From Thermodesulfobium acidiphilum (GTDB lineage Bacteria; Thermodesulfobiota; Thermodesulfobiia; Thermodesulfobiales; Thermodesulfobiaceae), in assembly GCF_003057965.1 (NCBI RefSeq), contig NZ_CP020921.1:1414916-1478915 (forward strand): 64,000 nt of DNA, read 5' to 3'. Position numbers and translations under genes: made by a program. Under the pieces are notes generated by a model that was not told the origin of the DNA, ran no database searches, and was given only the letters and a program-made list of their open reading frames with translations. Below are positions 10,038 through 18,890 of the stretch, piece by piece; within the stretch, counting starts at the first letter, position 1, and each line of letters begins with the position of its first letter.

Positions 10038-11219
10038 ATGAGAGGCGAACCTATCAAAGTAAAACAATTACTTCAAAAAGCAAGGGATTCAGCAATACTT
10101 GCGGTTGAATTTTATAATAAGCCTGCTGTTTCTTTTAAATCAGGAGGCTATATAACAATGATGTGTATTGCCTGGACATCTCTATTTCATGCATACTTCT
10201 TGAAGAATAAGATAAAACCCTTCTATAGAGAGAAAAATAGTGATCAAAAAAAACCAAGGTTTGAACAAATAATTGAGAAATTGCCAGATGATCAAGAGAT
10301 AAAAGAAAACAAATGGTGGGAGTTGCAGGAGTGTGTTAAACAATATTTTAAAGATAATAACCCACCGGTAAGAAAAAATTTAGAGTTTTTTATTCCATTG
10401 AGAAATAAGATTGTTCATCGAAACCTTCCAGAACTTGATGATAGTATTTTTGGGGAATGTCAAGCACTGCTTATTAACTTTAATAATTTTATGGAGCAAA
10501 ATTTTGGTGAAAAATATTCTATCAAAAATTCACTTTCCTTTAGTTTACAATTGGCACGGTCACCAAAAAATTTTATAGAAGCATCAAAAAATGAATTAAA
10601 AAAGAATGATGCTCAAAAAATTGTAAACTTTATAAAAACTTATCGGTCATCGCTGACTACAGATCAGTTTGAATCACCTGAGTACTCATTTAAAGCTTTG
10701 CTTATCCAAGTAAGAAATCATGGAAGCAGAGATGCTTTAGCATTGGAATTTATAAATGAAAAAGATTTAACAGAGGAACAAAAAGAAAAACTGAAAATTG
10801 GAACGGTACTAATAAAAGAAAAAAAAGAGTTGATTGATGGCATACCTAACAATTTTCAATGGACATATAAAGAATTGCGAAAAGAAATAAAGACAAAATG
10901 CCCACATATTAAACAAACTATGTTTAACAAACTTAATAGATATTTAAGAGAAAGATATAAGAACAAACTTGCTTATGAAAGAGTACATAATCCTAAAAGT
11001 GAAAAAAAAGCTTCTACATGGTATTATGATCCTAAAATTATTGAAGAATTTAAAAAAATATATCCTCCCATCACCCCTTCCAACGAGCAGTTGGTCAAAC
11101 GCATAGAGGATCTTGTTGACAAAATCGATGCTGCCAAGAAAGAGAACCCACAAGCAGATACTCAGGCTTTTGAAAAGGAAATCGACCAACTTGTGCATAA
11201 TATAAATTATATAACTTAA
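10038..11219 (+). CDS. DUF3644-like putative HEPN protein with a C-terminal copy of the methyltransferase tail
   Basis: LLQKARDSAILAVEFYNKP...IAWTSLFHA N-terminus and RNKIVH (Rx4H). The last ~50 aa match the methyltransferase C-terminus. Confidence 0.75.
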   Translation: MRGEPIKVKQLLQKARDSAILAVEFYNKPAVSFKSGGYITMMCIAWTSLFHAYFLKNKIKPFYREKNSDQKKPRFEQIIEKLPDDQEIKENKWWELQECVKQYFKDNNPPVRKNLEFFIPLRNKIVHRNLPELDDSIFGECQALLINFNNFMEQNFGEKYSIKNSLSFSLQLARSPKNFIEASKNELKKNDAQKIVNFIKTYRSSLTTDQFESPEYSFKALLIQVRNHGSRDALALEFINEKDLTEEQKEKLKIGTVLIKEKKELIDGIPNNFQWTYKELRKEIKTKCPHIKQTMFNKLNRYLRERYKNKLAYERVHNPKSEKKASTWYYDPKIIEEFKKIYPPITPSNEQLVKRIEDLVDKIDAAKKENPQADTQAFEKEIDQLVHNINYIT

Positions 11220-11251
11220 CACAGGATGAAATAAAAATAATAGAGAAATGA
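11064..11251 (+). repeat. Copy 2 of the methyltransferase 3'-end repeat, with a 5-bp insertion at 11196-11200
   Basis: Encodes PPITPSNEQLVKRIEDLVDKIDAAKKENPQADTQAFEKEIDQLV and, after the extra CATAA, YKLYNLTQDEIKIIEK*, versus ...ELVYKLYDLTEDEIRIIEGGR* in the methyltransferase. Confidence 0.9.
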
Positions 11252-11400
11252 CACCAAAAATAGTCTTATTAATAGCAACAAAATTAGCATCTTCTTAAGG
11301 AAAGAAATCAGCATTAGTTAACAATCTATTAAGAAATAGACAATATTGTATATAAAATATATAATTTTAATTAAAATTAAAAATAACATGAAAGGAGTTA

Positions 11401-11761
11401 GTGAAGTATACCAAATTACTATACAAAGCAAAGCCATTAAAAATATCAATTCTTTTCAGAGAGTGTCATTATTTAGGAATATGTATAGTAATTTGGTTAG
11501 CAGTTTTTTCAAGCAATTCAGCGCTGCAGGCAGCACAACTTTGCGGAATTGATTCGACAAATAGTACAAAAATATGTCTTATTTTAGGTGACAATACCTC
11601 TTTAGTTTCAGTAAGCTGGTCAGGCCGTAGTTAATTGGATGGCAGATGGTCCAGGAAACCTGACCTATATTTACAAAATTTCTGATAAAGAGTCGATGGT
11701 TCAGGGCAGCGTAGAAATGAAGGCTGGGCTGATAAACGGCAAGGCAAGCCTTAATATATAG
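11401..11761 (+). pseudogene. Frameshifted remnant of a secreted MORN-repeat-like protein
   Basis: Signal-like N-terminus and ...VSVSWSG, continuing in another frame as AVVNWMADGPGNLTYIYK...QGSVEMKAGLINGKASLNI*. Confidence 0.4.
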
Positions 11762-11801
11762 ATCAGTTCAACAATGACCAGTAAGAAATTTCAATTTACC
11801 C

Positions 11802-11828
11802 GTTCATCTTCTGTTAATATTCGTTCGT
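11802..11828 (+). promoter_or_regulatory. Putative OmpR-family binding site (tandem GTTCAT/GTTAAT/GTTCGT)
   Basis: Three hexamers at 11- and 10-bp periodicity upstream of the PepSY-regulator-kinase operon. Confidence 0.4.
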
Positions 11829-11866
11829 GTATAGTTTTCTACAAGAATTAAAAATGGAGGTGTGTT

Positions 11867-12238
11867 ATGAACAAAGCAAAAAAATTTGCAGTTCTAGCTC
11901 TTGGAGGAATATTACTTACTACTTCAGTAGCAGGAATAGCTACAGCTAATCAGTATGTGACTGGCTCTATCAAGGTTACACAGGACAATGAAGCAAGCTA
12001 TGCAGACCTGTCGAACACAACAGTTGATCAGGCAATATCCAGTGCACTTGCAGCTCAGCCAGGAAAGGTTATCAAAGCAAAGCTCGAAGATGAAAATGGC
12101 ACATTGGTCTGGAACGTAGATGTAGTATCAAACAATCAGATGTACGAAGTAAAAGTAGATGCAAAGGACGCCAGAGTCTTAAGCACAGGAGTAGATCAGA
12201 CAGATAATCAGAAAGAAAGCGTTGAAGAAAAGGATTAA
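11867..12238 (+). CDS. Secreted PepSY domain protein
   Basis: Signal peptide; AISSALAAQPGKVIKAKLEDENGTLVWNVDV...EVKVDAKDARVL PepSY pattern. Confidence 0.85.
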   Translation: MNKAKKFAVLALGGILLTTSVAGIATANQYVTGSIKVTQDNEASYADLSNTTVDQAISSALAAQPGKVIKAKLEDENGTLVWNVDVVSNNQMYEVKVDAKDARVLSTGVDQTDNQKESVEEKD

Positions 12239-12245
12239 TTTTCTT

Positions 12246-12270
12246 GGGGGGCTTGTCCCCCCTTTATTTA
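12246..12270 (+). terminator. Intrinsic terminator or attenuating hairpin after pepSY
   Basis: GGGGGG-CTTGT-CCCCCC followed by TTTATTT. Confidence 0.6.
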
Positions 12271-12297
12271 TTGAAAAATTTAAAGGATTAAGGTAAT

Positions 12298-12975
12298 ATG
12301 AGCACAATGAGAATTTTGATAGTAGAAGATGAAAAAACTCTTGCAAATTTAATAAAAAAGGGCTTTGAGGAAGAAAAATTTGCTGTAGACGTCGCATACA
12401 ACGGCGAAGATGGGCTTTTTTTTGCTAAAAATAATACTTATGATGCTATAGTACTTGACATTATGCTTCCCATAATTGATGGCATTAGCTTACTGAAAGA
12501 ATTAAGAGAAGAAAATATCTCAACTCCAGTTATTATACTTACAGCCAAAGATTCAGTAAAGGATAAGGTTTTAGGTTTAGACAGCGGCTCTGACGACTAC
12601 CTTACAAAACCATTTTCATTTGAAGAGCTACTTTCCAGGGTAAAAGCTTTAATAAGGCGAAAATTTGCTGCATCAAGCCCAATAATAAAGATTTGTGATC
12701 TGGTAATTGACACAGCAGAAAAAACAGTCAAGAGAGGTAACAAGAGAATTGATCTTAGTGCAAAGGAATATGCACTTCTTGAATATCTAGCCTTAAACAA
12801 AAACAAAGTAATAAGTCGAACAGCAATAATTGAACACCTATACGATGAAGACTTTGATTTATATAGTAACGTTATAGACGTATTTATAAATAGAATCAGG
12901 AACAAAATTGATAAAAATTTTGATAAAAAATTAATCCATACATTTCGTGGCATTGGTTATAGCTTAAAAGAGTGA
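12298..12975 (+). CDS. OmpR-family response regulator (CusR/CzcR-like)
   Basis: ILIVEDE, LDIMLP, LTAKD, DDYLTKPF and a wHTH ending in RGIGY. Confidence 0.93.
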   Translation: MSTMRILIVEDEKTLANLIKKGFEEEKFAVDVAYNGEDGLFFAKNNTYDAIVLDIMLPIIDGISLLKELREENISTPVIILTAKDSVKDKVLGLDSGSDDYLTKPFSFEELLSRVKALIRRKFAASSPIIKICDLVIDTAEKTVKRGNKRIDLSAKEYALLEYLALNKNKVISRTAIIEHLYDEDFDLYSNVIDVFINRIRNKIDKNFDKKLIHTFRGIGYSLKE

Positions 12976-14294
12976 ATTCTATAAAATTTAAGCTGTTCTT
13001 ATACTACTGCATTATATCCTTTACAATATTCGGGGTATTGGGGATTTTTTTATACTTTAGTCTTGAGAATATCGTTTTAGAATCAATCGATAACGCTCTC
13101 ATTGCAAAGGCTAAGGCAATAGCTACACTTATCAATGAAGACAATGGCATAAACTTACAATTTTCAGACGAAATCATGAAAGAATATTCTAAAAGATCAG
13201 ATCAATACTTTCAGATAATTCAGAATTCAAAAATTGTCGAAAAATCTGAATCTTTAGGCTCTGATAGTCTGCCAATCGTAAATTCAGCTCAGACCATCCA
13301 TTTTAAAAATAAACCCCTTCGCATTGTTTTGTACAACATAACTATAAATAAAGATCATCTTGTAATCGAGTGTGCTCAGGATATTGAAAGCAAAGTAGAT
13401 TTTCTCAAAACATACCTCAGCATACTAATTCTGTCTATTGCAGGCGCAATTCTTTTGAGCGCCTTAGGAGGCTTATTTATTGTAAACATAATGCTCAAGC
13501 CAATTAAAAAGATCTCTCACACAATCAGCAAACTTTCTGAGTCAAATTTGTTTCATAGTCATATTGACGAAAACGTAGTAGATGAACTAAAGCCTCTTGC
13601 AGTCTCATTCAATCGTACCTTTGAAAGGCTTGACAACGCATTTACTAAACAAAAGCAATTCGTCGCAGATGTCTCTCATGAGTTAAAGACTCCCCTTAGC
13701 GTAATACTGATGGAAACAGAGATTGCACTCAGAAAACAGCGAAGTATTCAGGAATACATAAACACCATTAATCAGATAAAAGAGACTTCCCAGCATATGA
13801 AAGGCATTATAGAAACGTTGTTCAAGCTTATAAAAATAGAAAACACACAACTTCTGGAAAAGAAAACTCTCGACATTAAAGAAATAATTCAAAGATCATC
13901 TGCTCTGCTAAAAGATCAGATAGAAAAAAGAAACTTAAAGTTTAATATTCAGGGTAGCACATTTTTGATTGATGCTGATGAAACGCTAATTATGGAAGTC
14001 TTCTTAAATCTTATAGACAACGCAATCAAGTACAATAAAGAAAATGGCACAATAGACATTATGATTTATCCAGAAAAGCGCGTGGAAATTATTGATAGCG
14101 GCATTGGAATACCGAAAGATTCGCTTAACAGAGTGTTTGACAAGTTCTACAGGGCAGACCCTTCCAGGTCAAAAGAAATTGAAGGCTTAGGGCTGGGCTT
14201 TAGCCTTGTAAAGGAAATTTTAGATCTGCACAATGCAAAGATTGAAATAGATAGCACGCCTAACATGGGGACAAAAGTAAGCATATTATTTTAA
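12972..14294 (+). CDS. Sensor histidine kinase (HAMP-HisKA-HATPase)
   Basis: Two TM segments, SHELKTPL H-box, NLIDNAIKY, DSGIGI and GLGLG. Confidence 0.93.
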   Translation: MNSIKFKLFLYYCIISFTIFGVLGIFLYFSLENIVLESIDNALIAKAKAIATLINEDNGINLQFSDEIMKEYSKRSDQYFQIIQNSKIVEKSESLGSDSLPIVNSAQTIHFKNKPLRIVLYNITINKDHLVIECAQDIESKVDFLKTYLSILILSIAGAILLSALGGLFIVNIMLKPIKKISHTISKLSESNLFHSHIDENVVDELKPLAVSFNRTFERLDNAFTKQKQFVADVSHELKTPLSVILMETEIALRKQRSIQEYINTINQIKETSQHMKGIIETLFKLIKIENTQLLEKKTLDIKEIIQRSSALLKDQIEKRNLKFNIQGSTFLIDADETLIMEVFLNLIDNAIKYNKENGTIDIMIYPEKRVEIIDSGIGIPKDSLNRVFDKFYRADPSRSKEIEGLGLGFSLVKEILDLHNAKIEIDSTPNMGTKVSILF

Positions 14295-14572
14295 AAGCTT
14301 ATTCAGATTTCAATAATAATTCAACCAATTTATAATTTGCGCCTTGCTTTTAGTATTTTCTTTGTCTACATTCTTGGCATTATCTGTGGCAATTTGTATT
14401 TTATCATCATGGTCTTTACAAAATTTTTCATATTTTTTTATAGATTTTTCATAAGAGCTATCCATAAAAATTGATATAATAAAAACAAAGATGTCATAAC
14501 TTATAAAAGTTAAGATTGATTCTGAAAATTTAATTTATTTACAATCTTTAAAAAATAGAGTTACGAGGTCTT

Positions 14573-15424
14573 ATGCCAACAGTTTTAGAAAAAAATAATT
14601 GTAAAGAAAAACTAAAGGTTCATCCAATTGTTAAATGGGCAGGCGGAAAAAGACAGATCATTTCTGTGATTAAAGAAAACTTGCCTACACAATTCAATCG
14701 ATATTTCGAACCCTTTATAGGAGGCGGCGCTGTCTTTTTTGAAATACAACCTGAAAATGCCTATATTTCTGATACAAATGAAGAGTTAATAAATCTGTAC
14801 CTTGTAGTAAAAAATAATCCTGAAGAACTGATAACCGATCTTCATAAGCACAAAAATTCCAAAGAATATTTCTTAAAAATTAGAAATGCTGACAGAGATG
14901 ATAACTATAAAGAATGGTCAAATATCCAAAAAGCAAGTAGGTTTATATACCTAAACCGAACTTGTTTCAATGGACTTTATAGGGTTAATAGTAAGGGACA
15001 GTTCAATGTACCTTTTGGAAATTATTCAAACCCAAAAATTGTTGATGAAAAAAATATTCTAAATTGTTCAGAAATTTTACAAAGCACAGAAATAAGATGT
15101 GCAAATTTTACAGAAATATTAGAACATATAAAGAAAGGCGATTTTGTTTACTTCGATCCCCCATATCTTCCTTTAAATAAATCGTCAAACTTTACGTCAT
15201 ACACAAAAGAAGGATTTGACATAGGTATGCAATTTAGACTCAAAGCTGTTTGCGATGAGCTTGATAAAAAAGGTGTAAAATTTTTACTTTCCAATTCTGA
15301 TACAGAGGTTATAAATGGACTATACGCATCATATAATATCAAAAAGGTTTTTGCATCACGCAATATTAATTCAAACTCAAATGGGCGAGGCAAGATAACT
15401 GAAGTATTAATTAGAAATTATTGA
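14573..15424 (+). CDS. dam: Dam-family DNA adenine methyltransferase
   Basis: KWAGGK, EPFIGGG, NGLYRVNSKGQFNVPFG and DPPY. Confidence 0.9.
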   Translation: MPTVLEKNNCKEKLKVHPIVKWAGGKRQIISVIKENLPTQFNRYFEPFIGGGAVFFEIQPENAYISDTNEELINLYLVVKNNPEELITDLHKHKNSKEYFLKIRNADRDDNYKEWSNIQKASRFIYLNRTCFNGLYRVNSKGQFNVPFGNYSNPKIVDEKNILNCSEILQSTEIRCANFTEILEHIKKGDFVYFDPPYLPLNKSSNFTSYTKEGFDIGMQFRLKAVCDELDKKGVKFLLSNSDTEVINGLYASYNIKKVFASRNINSNSNGRGKITEVLIRNY

Positions 15425-15721
15425 ACAAATTATTTAAAATATACAAAATCAACTTAATAATGAGTACCGTTAACTTAATTGCGTCAGATTCTTCTTCCTT
15501 AACTTTCTCTTTTAATATAAGGGAGGATTACTTAATGATTTTATATTTTCAATTCAAATAAACAAAATTACTATTTGCTATTAAGGAAAAATGGCGAATT
15601 TGTTTATCTTCAGGTATAACCACTATCCTAGAAAGAGCAAAATAATATGTTTCTAGTACCTAGAAACGTCTTCTTTTACAGTTAAAAACCCACTGTCCGT
15701 TAACAACAACAAACTATAGTA

Positions 15722-15750
15722 TTGACAGTAATTAAAAGTTATAATACACT
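15722..15750 (+). promoter_or_regulatory. Sigma70-type promoter of the feo operon
   Basis: TTGACA (15722-27), 17 bp, TACACT (15745-50). Confidence 0.55.
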
Positions 15751-15754
15751 TATA

Positions 15755-15774
15755 AAGTTAGATAACTCTAACTT
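15755..15774. promoter_or_regulatory. DtxR/MntR-family operator
   Basis: Inverted repeat AAGTTAGA-TAAC-TCTAACTT (TTAG-N6-CTAA core) between the promoter and SD of an operon that encodes a DtxR-family repressor. Confidence 0.7.
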
Positions 15775-15785
15775 AGGAGGTTTTA

Positions 15786-16001
15786 ATGGAAGAATATTTA
15801 TTACATCTTTTACGTAAACACAAAGGGCTTACATTCGATGAAATATTAAAAAAAACTAATTTAGAGCGAGGTGATTTATTAAAGATAATATTCAAACTTG
15901 TTAATAAAAACAAAGTGGGTTATATGGATCTAAGTTTAAATATGTGTTCAATTTGTAAGATTTGTAATAAAAAACTTTTTCTTAAAGGAGGTAAAAAATG
16001 A
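15786..16001 (+). CDS. FeoC-like small winged-helix protein
   Basis: wHTH-like 71 aa with C-terminal CSICKIC; first gene of the feo operon; AGGAGG SD. Confidence 0.6.
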   Translation: MEEYLLHLLRKHKGLTFDEILKKTNLERGDLLKIIFKLVNKNKVGYMDLSLNMCSICKICNKKLFLKGGKK

Positions 16002-16642
16002 TCTATTTAAGTGAAACGCAAGAGGATTATTTGCTTGATATTTTTGAACAGACATCAAAAAATGCTGTAGCGCGTATTAAAGATATTGCACATGCACGAA
16101 ATGTAACCTTACCTACCGTTGCAAGTGCAATAAAAGTACTTGCAGAAAAAAAGATAATCAAACATGAAAAATATGGTTATGTTATATTGACAGACTACGG
16201 CATTGAAATGGCAAAAAAATTGCTTGAAAGAAAGAAATACATATTGAAATTTTTAACATTTACCTTGGGTATACAGGAAAGCATAGCAATTAAAGATGCT
16301 CACAAACTTGAACACGATTTATCAAATGAAACTTATGAATGCTTGGTGAAACTTACAGATTTTTTTTCTAAAAATCCAAATATCAAAGAGCAATTCGAAA
16401 ATTTTTCAAAAAAGGAGGCATATATGAGATTAAGTCAAATAAATGCAGGGGAAACTGCTAAGATTATTGGAATTGAAGGATCATCAATAAAAAGCAAATT
16501 GCTCTCTATGGGCACTACACCTGGTACGGCAATAAAGGTGGAAAAAGTTGCACCGCTTGGAAGCCCTATTGAAGTGACTCTACTTGGATACCATTTAACC
16601 CTTAGGAAAGATGAGGCGGAAAAAATAATTGTTGAAAAATAG
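15998..16642 (+). CDS. DtxR/MntR-family metal-dependent repressor with C-terminal FeoA domain
   Basis: SETQEDYL, YGYVILT and AHKLEHDLS, then LLSMGTTPG...APLGSPI (FeoA). Confidence 0.88.
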   Translation: MIYLSETQEDYLLDIFEQTSKNAVARIKDIAHARNVTLPTVASAIKVLAEKKIIKHEKYGYVILTDYGIEMAKKLLERKKYILKFLTFTLGIQESIAIKDAHKLEHDLSNETYECLVKLTDFFSKNPNIKEQFENFSKKEAYMRLSQINAGETAKIIGIEGSSIKSKLLSMGTTPGTAIKVEKVAPLGSPIEVTLLGYHLTLRKDEAEKIIVEK

Positions 16643-16868
16643 AAATATACCGCTTATTTTAGCTGATGAGAATTTGGAATATGAAATTATTGGGATAGGT
16701 GGTGGTTGTGGCTTACGCGCAAAATTGTTAGAAATGGGATTTATACCAGGAGCAAAATTGAGGTTATTATACAAAGCAAATGGACCGTTGATTGTTGCGC
16801 TTAATGGTTCCAGATATACCATGTGCAAGGGTTTTGCTTCAAAAATAATAGTCAGGGAGGTTGTATGA
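16629..16868 (+). CDS. feoA: FeoA family protein
   Basis: KLLEMGFIPGA...GPLIV FeoA pattern, directly before feoB. Confidence 0.85.
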   Translation: MLKNRNIPLILADENLEYEIIGIGGGCGLRAKLLEMGFIPGAKLRLLYKANGPLIVALNGSRYTMCKGFASKIIVREVV

Positions 16869-18862
16869 AAGAATTTACAATCGCTTTAATCGGCAACCCA
16901 AACGTTGGAAAATCAGCAATTTTTAACGAGCTTACAGGTGCTAATGCTCATGTAGGTAACTGGCCAGGCGTTACTGTTGAAAAAAAAGAAGGTAAATTCG
17001 TTTATAACGATACAAAAATAAACGTAGTAGACTTACCTGGTATTTATAGCCTAACTGCAGCTTCAATTGATGAACGTATAGCGAGAGATTATATAGTTAA
17101 AGAAAAACCTGATCTGGTTGTATGTATAGTAGATTCCACAAATTTAGTAAGAAACTTATACCTCTTTATATTATTAAAGGAACTTGGTGCTAAAACTCTT
17201 TTAGCGCTTAATATGATAGATCTTGTAGAAAATAAAATCAAATTTGATGAGTCTAAACTTTCTGAAAGTTTAAAAACTCGAATTGTAAAAACATCTGCTA
17301 CAAAAAGGATAGGAATTGATGAGCTAAAAAAAGCTATTTATGAAGAACTCCATAAAAATCAGGACGAATTTTTTGTTGATTATGGTAAAGATATCGAACA
17401 TTCAATAAAAACGATTGAAAATTTGTTAAGCAGTGTTGAATTGCCTTATAACAAGCGTTTTTTGGCTATAAAACTTTTAGAACAGGATTCAGTTATTTCA
17501 GAGGAATTGAAGCGATTACACAAAGAGAGCATTGTTGAAAGCGCTTTAATGGAAATAAATAACTTGGAAGAAATTTATTCAGATTTAGAAACAGAAATTA
17601 TTGAAAAAAGATACGCTCTTATAGAGGGAATCGTTAAAAGTTCAACTAAACATCTGGTAAGCATAGAAGATAGATTAACATTTTCAGACAAAATAGATAA
17701 GATTGTTACAAATAGATATTTAGGATTACCTATTTTTGCAATTGTGATGTTGATTGTCTTCAAAGCAACATTTACGCTTGGGGGGTTTTTTGTAGATTAT
17801 ATTAATCAGTTTTTTGATTTTCTTGGTAATTTCCTATCCAATTACATTCAAAATCCAATTTTACAATCGTTTATTAAGGACGGTTTAATTGGGGGTGTTG
17901 GTACAGTGGTAGCCTTTTTGCCAAATATACTAATTTTGTTTCTATTTTTATCCTTTTTGGAAGATGTAGGTTATATGGCAAGAGCTGCTTTTGTTATGGA
18001 CAGGTTGATGCATAGTATTGGCCTCCCAGGTAGAGCTTTTATACCTTTAATACTGGGTTTTGGCTGCAATGTACCAGCGATTATGGCAACTCGTACCATT
18101 GCTGATGAAAGGGATAGGCTTTTAACAATACTTATAAATCCATTCATGTCTTGTACTGCACGTTTGCCTATTTATGTGTTGCTAACCGGGATTTTTTTTG
18201 AAAATAATCATCCTGAACTAATTATATTTTCACTTTATACTCTAGGTATTTTTGTTGCCATATTTAGTGCAAAATTGTTTAGAAGTACAATTCCAAAACT
18301 TAAAGGCAAAGTATCATTTTTAATTATGGAACTTCCTGTTTATAGGATGCCTACCATCAAAGCCGTATCAATACACACATGGGAAAGAACAAAGGAATTC
18401 TTGAAAAAAGCTGGTACGATAATATTGTTTGGCGTTATGTTGGTGTGGTTGTTATCAAGTTTGCCATTTGGTGTAGATTATGCTGGTGAAGATTCATTTG
18501 TAGGTATTTTGGGTAAATTCTTTGCACCAATTTTAACTCCAGCTGGTTTTGGATTCTGGCAGGCTGCAGTAAGCCTAATCTTTGGACTTCTAGCAAAAGA
18601 AACGGTTGTCGGCACTATGGGCACACTATTTGGTGGCGAAGACAAACTTTCGAGTTCTTTAACACAACTTATGACTCCTTTGAGCGCATATACATTTATG
18701 GTAATGAGTCTGCTTTACATCCCATGTCTTGCAACAATTGGTGTAATTTATAGAGAAACAAATTCATTAAAATGGACAGCATTTAGCGTTTTTTACAGCT
18801 TAGTTATAGGGTGGCTTAGCGCAACTTTAATTTATCAAATATTTTCATTAGCATTTCATTAA
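16865..18862 (+). CDS. feoB: Ferrous iron transporter B
   Basis: GNPNVGKS, NWPGVTVE, DLPGIYSL, GFGCNVPA and FMSCTARLP. Start ATG at 16865 after GGGAGG. Confidence 0.95.
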   Translation: MKEFTIALIGNPNVGKSAIFNELTGANAHVGNWPGVTVEKKEGKFVYNDTKINVVDLPGIYSLTAASIDERIARDYIVKEKPDLVVCIVDSTNLVRNLYLFILLKELGAKTLLALNMIDLVENKIKFDESKLSESLKTRIVKTSATKRIGIDELKKAIYEELHKNQDEFFVDYGKDIEHSIKTIENLLSSVELPYNKRFLAIKLLEQDSVISEELKRLHKESIVESALMEINNLEEIYSDLETEIIEKRYALIEGIVKSSTKHLVSIEDRLTFSDKIDKIVTNRYLGLPIFAIVMLIVFKATFTLGGFFVDYINQFFDFLGNFLSNYIQNPILQSFIKDGLIGGVGTVVAFLPNILILFLFLSFLEDVGYMARAAFVMDRLMHSIGLPGRAFIPLILGFGCNVPAIMATRTIADERDRLLTILINPFMSCTARLPIYVLLTGIFFENNHPELIIFSLYTLGIFVAIFSAKLFRSTIPKLKGKVSFLIMELPVYRMPTIKAVSIHTWERTKEFLKKAGTIILFGVMLVWLLSSLPFGVDYAGEDSFVGILGKFFAPILTPAGFGFWQAAVSLIFGLLAKETVVGTMGTLFGGEDKLSSSLTQLMTPLSAYTFMVMSLLYIPCLATIGVIYRETNSLKWTAFSVFYSLVIGWLSATLIYQIFSLAFH

Positions 18863-18890
18863 TACAAAAAAATATTTTAGGAGGTTTATT

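Noticed and set aside
2087-11219. Complete DISARM or BREX system
   Set aside because: No drmA/drmB (DUF1998), pglZ or brxC genes are in the window.
11346-11552. 68-aa ORF
   Set aside because: Low-complexity AT-rich translation overlapping the better-supported remnant at 11401, which has the SD.
11600-11780. Possible ncRNA (GC-richer intergenic tract)
   Set aside because: No SRP, tmRNA or riboswitch signature; explained by the decayed coding sequence.
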